Positions 1-7,919 of a DNA stretch of 30,225 bases are shown here, piece after piece (the stretch's first letter is position 1; each line of letters begins with the position of its first letter). The translations under genes were made by a program, and so were the position numbers. Source of the DNA: Gammaproteobacteria bacterium (lineage in GTDB: Bacteria; Pseudomonadota; Gammaproteobacteria; Berkiellales; Berkiellaceae); the NCBI GenBank assembly GCA_016874315.1, contig VGTX01000001.1, positions 1 through 30,225 on the forward strand. The letters run 5' to 3'. The notes under the pieces are model-generated. The model was not told the origin of the DNA, did no database searches, and worked only from the letters and a program-made list of their open reading frames with translations.

Positions 1-1
1 A

Positions 2-1003
2 CGTCGGTGGAGTAGTGGATTTGCATGGAATAATCCTGATGAAGATTTATCCGGATATGATGGTTATTTTTTCAGAGACGATCTTCTTCGAATTCAACAA
101 TTCTTATCGCAATATGATGATATTGATCGTTGGTCCTCTTCTGAAAATGCACCTGAATGGCTAACGGATTTATTTCCTAAAAAACACGATCGGATTCTCG
201 CGAAAAAACTTATTTCCCGTAAAAGAATGATCAAAGATCCTTATGAGCAATTTCTTTTGAAAGAGGCTGCAGAGCGGTCTGCCAAAGTCCATGCTGCACT
301 CGCTAAAAATAGATTTGAGGCTAAACCACATGAAAATTTCTGGCATGCAGATTGGATTACCTATGGGGCGCAATATAATCTCTCTAAGCAAGCTTATCAA
401 CCAATTATTGCTGGTGGGCCTCGTGCATGCTGCCTACATTACCACGGCAAAACCATGCCCCTTAATCAAGACAGATATATTTTAATTGATGCAGCATTTG
501 AGTATGAAGGATATACGGCGGATATTACTCGAGTATATTTTTGGAAGGCTAATGCTTGGGATCGAATAGTTTATGAAGGCTTGTTAAGTGTTCAAAAAAG
601 AATGATCGAAGCGTCAGTTGAAGGAACATCTTTGCCTAACTTACAGATTCAAACCCAGTATCTTATCGCAGAACTTTTGCAAGAGTGGGGTTGGGCACAG
701 GGCTCTCTTGAAAAAATTGTTGTCGAAGATGTTGCACAATACTATCCACATCGTATTGGCCATCCCTTGGGAATTGATGTCCATGATTTATGTGACGATC
801 GTGGATTAGTGGATGAACCATTACAAAATGGCGCAGTGATTACAATTGAGCCTGGCATATATATCGACCCTACTCTTTTTCCAGAAACGCATCCCGCTTA
901 TGGACTAGGATTAAGAATTGAAGATGATGTTCTTATTCATCACAATCAGCCTATTGTTTTAAGTCAGTTAGCTCCAAAAGAATGGAAAGATGTGGGTGCT
1001 TAA
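2..1003 (+). CDS. pepP: Xaa-Pro aminopeptidase (M24B), 5'-truncated by the window edge
   Basis: The frame is open from position 2 (RRWSSGFAWNNP...RKRMIKDP), upstream of the ORF-track start at 227. Metal ligands of the pita-bread fold are present: IDAAFEYEGYTADITR, HRIGHPLGIDVHD, TIEPGIY, GLRIEDDV. Confidence 0.92.
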   Translation, partial: RRWSSGFAWNNPDEDLSGYDGYFFRDDLLRIQQFLSQYDDIDRWSSSENAPEWLTDLFPKKHDRILAKKLISRKRMIKDPYEQFLLKEAAERSAKVHAALAKNRFEAKPHENFWHADWITYGAQYNLSKQAYQPIIAGGPRACCLHYHGKTMPLNQDRYILIDAAFEYEGYTADITRVYFWKANAWDRIVYEGLLSVQKRMIEASVEGTSLPNLQIQTQYLIAELLQEWGWAQGSLEKIVVEDVAQYYPHRIGHPLGIDVHDLCDDRGLVDEPLQNGAVITIEPGIYIDPTLFPETHPAYGLGLRIEDDVLIHHNQPIVLSQLAPKEWKDVGA

Positions 1004-1092
1004 TATTGAATAGTATTTATTAAACAAGAAGATACACCAATTCTTTTTTATAATTTGCTATTATCAAATAAAGATTATCATAAAGGATCGAA

Positions 1093-1389
1093 ATGTTAAC
1101 CCTGACATTAGAGGTTTTCGGACAAAAACATTATCTGAATATTTCAGACGATCCAAAAGGAATTGGAGCACTATCATGTCAATTTGTGGAGGATGCGGCA
1201 AAAGAAATTACGCAATGGCCTCAGCGCGATAGAATGTATATTCATTTGGCACTACACGCCGCAATGCAATTTTATCAATCATTAAATGCTTCTGAAGATC
1301 GAGCCCGACAACTCGATCTTCACATTACTAAACTCTGTGGTATGATAGATCAGAATCTCGAATATTCGAGAACCGTTCTTGATCAATGA
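1093..1389 (+). CDS. zapA: Cell division protein ZapA-like (divergent)
   Basis: 98 aa with an N-terminal beta strand (LEVFGQKHYLNI), a LALHAA helix in the position of the AALN motif and a C-terminal coiled coil. SD aaagga upstream. Lies directly before 6S RNA, the conserved zapA-ssrS arrangement. Confidence 0.62.
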   Translation: MLTLTLEVFGQKHYLNISDDPKGIGALSCQFVEDAAKEITQWPQRDRMYIHLALHAAMQFYQSLNASEDRARQLDLHITKLCGMIDQNLEYSRTVLDQ

Positions 1390-1550
1390 AGCTTAGGCGG
1401 GGATAGCGATTTTTGAGCCGATGTCTTCCCATATCGGAGGTCTAACCTCTAGTGTGTGTGCATGCCTAAATCTTAGGAAGCCTAATCATTAGCGCGAGAC
1501 TTCCACTTGAACCTTCTGGTTCAACGATAATCCTGTTCTCACTAAGCTTC
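1388..1550 (+). ncRNA. ssrS: 6S RNA (ssrS)
   Basis: Closing stem gaagcttag(1388-1396)/ctaagcttc(1542-1550); ttgagcc(1413-1419)/ggttcaa(1518-1524); inner stem ggaggtct(1436-1443)/agacttcc(1497-1504); apical cctaa-atc-ttagg hairpin. Gammaproteobacterial 6S words tgagccgat, gcatgc, gaagcct and cacttgaacc...ggttcaa are present. Lies downstream of zapA. Confidence 0.9.
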
Positions 1551-2432
1551 TCTTTTATTTTTCTCATTTCTCACAGCTTGAATTGCTGCAATCATAATCA
1601 GAACTCCTCCCAAACATGTGTGAAGAGAAGGCTGTTCAGAGAAGAATATCCATCCACCCATCAATGCTAATAACACTTCAACATATTTCATTGGAGCTAA
1701 GTCAGAGAGCTTAAGAATCGATAACGCTCTTAATAAACAATAAAATAAGGCATTTGCATTACAACCTAAAGCTGCTAATAAAGAAAGCTCATATAATGAT
1801 GGCATTGTGAATGCGTAGAATGTACCTATTGCACAAAAAATAGATGTATACACTGCTGTCCAGAAAAGTGTAGAAACAAATGCTTCTTCACCACCTGATA
1901 TTTTGTTTAATAAATCAACATATGCAAAAAACCATGCTCCAACTAAGAGAGAAAGTTCTGCCATATGTAATGAGCCATGAGCCCAGACATTACCATGCAG
2001 TGTTAATAACACCCCAGCAAACCCTAAAAATGTTGCAATATACTGGCGTGTTGAGATCGACTCTCCTAAAAGCGAACGCGCCAAAACTAAATTCATTAAA
2101 GGAATTGTTAAATTAATCATCGTCGCTTGTACTAAATGCACATGTGGTAATGCCATTGTCCAAATAGACATTCCAGCGCCTAAAAACAAACTCCGTAAAA
2201 TATGAGTTCGATGATGAACACGTGCAGTTGCTTGTAAAGGTTTGTAGCACGTAACTAATAAAATCACAGCTGCAAAGAAAAATCTGAAAAAACTTACCTC
2301 TATCCCTGAGAGACGAAGGCCAATATGTTTAACAATCACGTCATTCGTTGTGGAAATAAGAAGCGATCCTAAAAACCATAGCCAAGCTTGAGTCGATCGT
2401 GATAATGAGATTGATCGTAAAACTAAAGACAT
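1542..2432 (-). CDS. EamA/DMT-superfamily transporter resembling the Rickettsia S-adenosylmethionine importer Sam
   Basis: 296 aa, about 10 hydrophobic segments in two EamA repeats. Segments WFLGSLLISTTNDVIVK, EVSFFRFFF, HILRS, YVDLLNK and LAPMKYVEV match my recollection of rickettsial Sam (WFLLSL..SSINDVISK, EVAFFRFFF, HILRG, LDIINK, TAPYRYLEL). Confidence 0.8.
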   Translation of the reverse strand: MSLVLRSISLSRSTQAWLWFLGSLLISTTNDVIVKHIGLRLSGIEVSFFRFFFAAVILLVTCYKPLQATARVHHRTHILRSLFLGAGMSIWTMALPHVHLVQATMINLTIPLMNLVLARSLLGESISTRQYIATFLGFAGVLLTLHGNVWAHGSLHMAELSLLVGAWFFAYVDLLNKISGGEEAFVSTLFWTAVYTSIFCAIGTFYAFTMPSLYELSLLAALGCNANALFYCLLRALSILKLSDLAPMKYVEVLLALMGGWIFFSEQPSLHTCLGGVLIMIAAIQAVRNEKNKREA

Positions 2433-2634
2433 AATATTCGTTATTATTTAATATAAATCAACATTATAATCGTTTTCCACTGTAAAATATATCAAAAGTT
2501 ATTAAATATCGGTAGATTTGTGATTTTGGATAAAAAATTCCATAAGCGCTTACTCAGTAGGGTGTTTATTTTTTGTACATACACTCTGAATTCAGATAAC
2601 ATGAAAAAATATATGTGAAGTTATCTGGCTATCT

Positions 2635-3171
2635 ATGGATTTTAAATCTCTTACCAATTCCCCTCTATCAATACGTGTTGATTGTTTTGATGAAAATCAT
2701 CAGAAGATAAAAACAAGTTATAACAAAGTGTTGCGGCAACTTAATGCAGTTAAAGTATCCTTTTGTTATGAACAGCCCAGTCAAATAATAAAATTCGAGA
2801 CAGTGTTTAAAGATTATCAAAATCTTCTTTTAACATTTGCTCAGGTCATGAATCATCCAATCCCTGCTACTGTGCTAGAAGCGAATTCTTCGATCGATCT
2901 AAGTATTGAGCGAATAAAATATGATTTACAGTTTTCAAGCTCCAGGGAGATTAATCAATCTAATATGTCAGAGTTAGATGAATTATCTGAAAATTTAGAA
3001 AAATCTTTTACTGAATTTTCAGCATATTTTTCAACTCTTCAAGAGTCGTTAGAAATTGAATTAGAAAAGGAAGTTTTTCAAGATTTTTGGAACAATGCTT
3101 CCGCAAAACCAATGATTTTTAATCGAGATTGTTCAAATTCCGATCTGAAAAAATCTGCTCTTAAAAAATAG
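2635..3171 (+). CDS. Hypothetical helical/coiled-coil protein (178 aa)
   Basis: Fills the gap between the EamA gene and fba. Acidic heptad-like C-terminal half (SELDELSENLEKSF, ESLEIELEKE). No family motif recognised. Confidence 0.7.
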   Translation: MDFKSLTNSPLSIRVDCFDENHQKIKTSYNKVLRQLNAVKVSFCYEQPSQIIKFETVFKDYQNLLLTFAQVMNHPIPATVLEANSSIDLSIERIKYDLQFSSSREINQSNMSELDELSENLEKSFTEFSAYFSTLQESLEIELEKEVFQDFWNNASAKPMIFNRDCSNSDLKKSALKK

Positions 3172-3211
3172 CACTTAACGAAGATACAGTATTTAACGCG
3201 AGAGGTCTGAC

Positions 3212-4207
3212 ATGGCACTTATTTCTTTGAAAAAAATATTAGATTTAGCTGCAGAGCATTCTGCCGCTATTCCAGCTTTTAATGTAAATAATTTGGAGCA
3301 AATTCAAGCAATTTGCGAGGCAGCTCAAGAAATGAATGCGCCAATAATTTTGCAAGCATCTAGCGGAGCAAGATCGTATGCGACCATTCCCTTTCTAAAA
3401 GGTCTCATTCAAGGTGCTTTAGAAAAATATCCTAATTTGCCAATTTGCTGGCATCAAGATCATGGACATACACCTGAAATATGTTTTGAATCTATTCGTG
3501 CTGGATTTTCATCAGTCATGATGGATGGCTCATTACTTGCAGACGGAAAAACCCCAAGTTCTTTTGAACACAATGTCACTGTTACCTCTCAAGTTGTTAG
3601 CGTGGCACATGCTCTTGGAGTCTCAGTTGAGGGAGAAATTGGCTGTTTAGGATCGCTAGAAACCGGCCTGGCTGGAGATGAGGATGGAACAGGTGCTCAA
3701 AATGCTCATTTTTCAGATTTACTCACCGATCCGGAAATGGCATATGAATTCGCTCTTAAAACTCATGTCGATGCTCTAGCTATTGCAATTGGTACCTCTC
3801 ATGGTGTTTCAAAATTTCAAAAACCACCCACTGAGGAAACTCTTTCATTAACACGATTATCTGAAATTCATCAGCGTTTGCCTAATATGCATTTAGTATT
3901 GCATGGAGCTTCAACTGTCGATCGGGCAACAGTTGAAAAAATTAATCAATATGGTGGTGCAATTCCGCTAACGTACGGAGTGCCCATTTCTGCATTGCAA
4001 AAAGCAATCACACTCGGCGTCCGTAAAATCAACATTGATACGGATTTAAGGTTGGCTGTCACTGCTGCAATTAGAGAATATTTCTACCAGCATCCTGAAG
4101 TTTTCGATCCGCGCTCTTACCTCAAGACAACACGTATAGCAATGCATAAAATTTGCTGCGATCGACTCATAGCGTTTGGTGCTGCAGGATTGGCAGCACA
4201 TCTTTGA
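3212..4207 (+). CDS. fba: Class II fructose-bisphosphate aldolase (CbbA/Fba subtype)
   Basis: MALISL..., PAFNVNNLEQ, HQDHG, SSVMMDGS, VEGEIG, AIGTSHG, LVLHGAS, KINIDTD. SD agagg. Confidence 0.96.
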   Translation: MALISLKKILDLAAEHSAAIPAFNVNNLEQIQAICEAAQEMNAPIILQASSGARSYATIPFLKGLIQGALEKYPNLPICWHQDHGHTPEICFESIRAGFSSVMMDGSLLADGKTPSSFEHNVTVTSQVVSVAHALGVSVEGEIGCLGSLETGLAGDEDGTGAQNAHFSDLLTDPEMAYEFALKTHVDALAIAIGTSHGVSKFQKPPTEETLSLTRLSEIHQRLPNMHLVLHGASTVDRATVEKINQYGGAIPLTYGVPISALQKAITLGVRKINIDTDLRLAVTAAIREYFYQHPEVFDPRSYLKTTRIAMHKICCDRLIAFGAAGLAAHL

Positions 4208-4300
4208 TAAGTTAATATAGCTACGTTTTGATATATCAAGAATAGGTATTAAATAATGCTTATCAAAGTTGCGATGTTATAGCATAAGTGAAAGTAGACT

Positions 4301-6877
4301 ATGATGGATGAGATGATAGAAGATATTACTGGTTCAAAATCTGAATCGATAGCATTCACTTTAAATAAGTACGGACTTGTAGAATATGCATCTTGGTTAG
4401 ACTTATTAGAGGAAATGCAAAGAGCAATTATTTTTTTTCAAAAGATACCGCAACAAACTCCTTGGGCTGCATACATTCGCCAAGAAGCAATCATATTGCA
4501 AAAAGATATCGCAATATTGCAGCACAATATGCGCAATACACAACAAGACCAACTTCATTACTTCTTTGAATCCGCATCCTATTTTCAAATGTTTATGTTC
4601 ATCACAGCTATATCTGATTACATAGAGGATTCGACGCTTTTTTTAGATTTTTGTGACTCTATAGAACATATACAAACTCATGATGAGCTATATACTTATC
4701 TCTCTGAATATCAAAAAAAAATCATAATTCCATTTCCTACAGAAGAGGATGATCTGGAGAAAGATCATGATGCACTTGATAAACTTGCTTTAAAAGCTGC
4801 GCAATGGAAAGAGCGCGATCAAAAAAGTTGGATTAATCCAAAGTTGGTAAATATATTTATTACAAGTGTTGAAGACCAGATTGCTGAAAGAAAATTAAAG
4901 TTCGATGCCTTTAAAGAGCAATGCGATATATTGATTGTTCAATTAAGACAATGGCAAGTAGCCTATAATATTCTTTCCTCTATAGAGTCAGACCCAGCAG
5001 CGAACGATCAAAAAACCATAGACCATGTCATTGAGTGGGAACGTGCGCTAGAAATGAGTACTCAGCTATCTGCTCCAATAATATCAAATTATCTCGATCT
5101 TGCGATTGAATATGGATGGATATATTCCGATCGAGTGAGTGCTCATTTAACAGAATATTGGACGCTGAGTGAAGAGGCTATAAAAATCTGTCAACAGGTT
5201 GAGAGAAGGTTAAATAGTTATTTTCCAATTCTTAAAGAATTTGATTGTATAGACCTATATTACGGTTATCGAAACTGGTCAGTACAAATGAGGTACGATC
5301 GTTATCGAAATTATTCCGGCACAAATCTTCATGAATATATCGATCGAAATGAAAAAAGCAATTTTTTAACGTATGCAATCAATGAAGATTTATATTCTGA
5401 ATTGATATTACCATACCTTCCAGAAAAATCGGATTTTTTCAATTCATTAGAATACCATTACAGTATATCTAATGACCTATTAGAACAGGCCAAATTTCAA
5501 TATGATCAATGTTTAAATGCCAATCATAACAACCCTGAAGAAACGCTCGATCGATATCAAAAATGGCGCAACACACTCGAAATTTTACACAGCGCACATA
5601 ATACAGGTATACATATCCAATGGGATAGTCTTCCTCGCATAAGAGAAAAATTCTTTCTAATATTGAAGGCGCATTTTATTGACCGTAACACACATATTAC
5701 CGAGCTTAAATTAAAGTTAAAGAATATATTACAGCACTGGAATTCATTGAGACCCTACAGCGGATACCCAACTCTTGTGTTGAGCGCTGTAGGATTTGTA
5801 TATTCGGGCCCAAGCCTTTGGGGGCGCGGTGTTCTTACGTATGGAATGCTAGAAACACTATTGTGGTTAGATTTTTTCCTTTTACTCAATCCTGCAGAGA
5901 GAGTAACACTCCAATCACCATATCTTCTTGATGATCAATACCAGAATATTACTTATTTGATAGCTGAAGTAGAATTAAAAAACATCATTACAGCATGGGA
6001 AGAATTATTGATTGATTTTTTTCCATCGATAAGATTGCTATCCGATCGATCTATGTCCCTGCAATACCCCTCGATCGAAAAATATAATTTTTCGGATATC
6101 ATTTTCCATGATGATGTCCTTACTCCACCGCTTGATGGAATGGACACATTAGAAACACAACTTCGCTTTATTGCATATGTTTTTCTACTCGTCTGTAAAG
6201 AAAGTCACTCATTAGAAGAGCTTGTCGCTATTGATATTCAAAAAGAACTTGAAGGCTGGATAAAATCTCATCGCGGTTTAGATTGTGTTCGAACAACGAA
6301 AAGCGAGGATGAGCTCTCTGATTTAGATCTCGAATGCATGAAACCTGTAGAGTATTTCTCAGCCGATCGAAGAGTGCCTGAAAAAATACAGCATATTATG
6401 AGCACTATGGTAAATTGCGGCGCGATTAGTCGTATAAAAAATGTGGCTTATTTATGTGAAACGCTCTTTTCGCTGATTTTAGTGAGCCCATATCACCAGT
6501 ATCTTTTTGTTGAAGAATGGAAAAAGACCCTTAACAATGTGGTTAATCTCTCTTCTGGATTACAATTTGTTAACAGTCTTCGGAATTCGTGTAATATCGC
6601 TATTAGTATAATGCGGGATGTATTTGCAAAAATTAATTTTGTGTGGCGTTCAGACACAGATTATATAAAAAAAGAATCGATTCAAGCATACAGTAATGTT
6701 ATAAAAAATATTAATAAAGCCTATAAGCCTGAAAATCAAAAATGCCCGCATCCAACTGAATTGAGATATGAAGCTCAACATCTCCTTTTCTCAAAAGAAC
6801 AGTTTATAGATGCTCATCCGAGTAAAGATAATTTACATAAAGACGCTCTTGTCTATCATATTAAGAATAACATATAG
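4301..6877 (+). CDS. Large hypothetical alpha-helical protein (858 aa), effector-like orphan
   Basis: Uninterrupted 2.6-kb ORF in AT-rich sequence, so almost certainly coding. No signal peptide and no recognisable catalytic motif. One weakly hydrophobic stretch near aa 487-530. Confidence 0.8.
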   Translation: MMDEMIEDITGSKSESIAFTLNKYGLVEYASWLDLLEEMQRAIIFFQKIPQQTPWAAYIRQEAIILQKDIAILQHNMRNTQQDQLHYFFESASYFQMFMFITAISDYIEDSTLFLDFCDSIEHIQTHDELYTYLSEYQKKIIIPFPTEEDDLEKDHDALDKLALKAAQWKERDQKSWINPKLVNIFITSVEDQIAERKLKFDAFKEQCDILIVQLRQWQVAYNILSSIESDPAANDQKTIDHVIEWERALEMSTQLSAPIISNYLDLAIEYGWIYSDRVSAHLTEYWTLSEEAIKICQQVERRLNSYFPILKEFDCIDLYYGYRNWSVQMRYDRYRNYSGTNLHEYIDRNEKSNFLTYAINEDLYSELILPYLPEKSDFFNSLEYHYSISNDLLEQAKFQYDQCLNANHNNPEETLDRYQKWRNTLEILHSAHNTGIHIQWDSLPRIREKFFLILKAHFIDRNTHITELKLKLKNILQHWNSLRPYSGYPTLVLSAVGFVYSGPSLWGRGVLTYGMLETLLWLDFFLLLNPAERVTLQSPYLLDDQYQNITYLIAEVELKNIITAWEELLIDFFPSIRLLSDRSMSLQYPSIEKYNFSDIIFHDDVLTPPLDGMDTLETQLRFIAYVFLLVCKESHSLEELVAIDIQKELEGWIKSHRGLDCVRTTKSEDELSDLDLECMKPVEYFSADRRVPEKIQHIMSTMVNCGAISRIKNVAYLCETLFSLILVSPYHQYLFVEEWKKTLNNVVNLSSGLQFVNSLRNSCNIAISIMRDVFAKINFVWRSDTDYIKKESIQAYSNVIKNINKAYKPENQKCPHPTELRYEAQHLLFSKEQFIDAHPSKDNLHKDALVYHIKNNI

Positions 6878-6931
6878 TGCACATGCACAAATCATTGTTT
6901 AATTGACTGGTAAACTTAGAGAATAGACTCA

Positions 6932-6963
6932 TCAAATTGACAAATTTGAAAAATATCTAAAAT
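6932..6963 (+). promoter_or_regulatory. Candidate sigma70 promoter with a palindrome over the -35 element
   Basis: TTGACA at 6937-6942 and TAAAAT at 6958-6963 (15-nt spacer, short). Inverted repeat TCAAATT-gaca-AATTTGA at 6932-6949. Upstream of the RMD1-miaB cluster. Confidence 0.35.
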
Positions 6964-7014
6964 GATGTAAGATATCTTAGTTAAGAAATAATATATTTGA
7001 GTGAATACACGATT

Positions 7015-7872
7015 ATGAGATGTGCGTCCTTTTGTAGCGCCGAAGCTTATCATATTGATGATTTTTCTAAGTTTTTAAGAAACGAGGGCTTCGAGCCTAA
7101 GTTTTATGATGATGTAATTCATATCCAGAAAAGAGCCCACCACGACGAACGTGTTTCAGATGCGTTCTTTTTTCCTTATGGGTGTTTGGTTACTTGGGAT
7201 ATGGATGAAGACGAAGAGCTCCAAATGCTTGAGCTGGTCGAATCTTTTCAGAAAAATTCTATCGATCCGTTAATTAAAGATCTTTCTTTTTATACAATTA
7301 ATCAAGAAGATAGTGGACAAGAAGAGGCTATTATTGATGAAGAAGATGATTATATCATCCTGCCATCAGACGATCCGCTCATTAAGCTGTCCCTTTCACA
7401 TGCTTTATCTCAATCTGTTAAATTAAGCTCATTTGAACTGTCTATTTCTGAGACAATTGCTCAAACACGTAGCGTTCCAGAAGAATTAGCCACAACAGGC
7501 CGAACTTCGTTATCGAGCGAACAACTCACAAAATTAATGGGTAAGCTCTTTGCACAGCGCGATTCTATGAACTTGGATAGCGATATTTTGGATACACCAG
7601 AGTTTTTCTGGAGACGTCCCAAATATGAATCTTTCTATCAACGAGGATCGCAATATCTTGATATCCAGGCGCGTGTAGCAATTCTCAATCGTAAACTTGA
7701 CCGATTACATGAGCTCTATGAGATTCTATCTAATGAACATAAGCACTTACACTCAACTCGACTCGAGTGGGTTGTGATTCTATTGATTCTTATCGAAGTC
7801 TTGTTCAGTATTGTGCGCGACCGAGATTTATTATCAACATTGATTCTCAGTGTTCTTGGAATGTCGCATTAA
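7015..7872 (+). CDS. RMD1/YagE family protein (DUF155)
   Basis: MRCASFCSAEAY start (ATG 7015 preferred over TTG 6997), FFFPYGCLVTW, SHALSQSVKL, LDTPEFFW, YLDIQARVAILN and a C-terminal TM helix LEWVVILLILIE. Confidence 0.88.
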   Translation: MRCASFCSAEAYHIDDFSKFLRNEGFEPKFYDDVIHIQKRAHHDERVSDAFFFPYGCLVTWDMDEDEELQMLELVESFQKNSIDPLIKDLSFYTINQEDSGQEEAIIDEEDDYIILPSDDPLIKLSLSHALSQSVKLSSFELSISETIAQTRSVPEELATTGRTSLSSEQLTKLMGKLFAQRDSMNLDSDILDTPEFFWRRPKYESFYQRGSQYLDIQARVAILNRKLDRLHELYEILSNEHKHLHSTRLEWVVILLILIEVLFSIVRDRDLLSTLILSVLGMSH

Positions 7873-7919
7873 AGCTGAATCAACACAATAAATAATAAAA
7901 ATATTCTGAGATTTTTTCT

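Noticed and set aside
4713-4721. A9 homopolymer in the 858-aa orphan as a phase-variation site
   Set aside because: Runs of 8-9 A/T recur in this AT-rich window (e.g. 17333-17340, 30202-30209) and the ORF is in frame.
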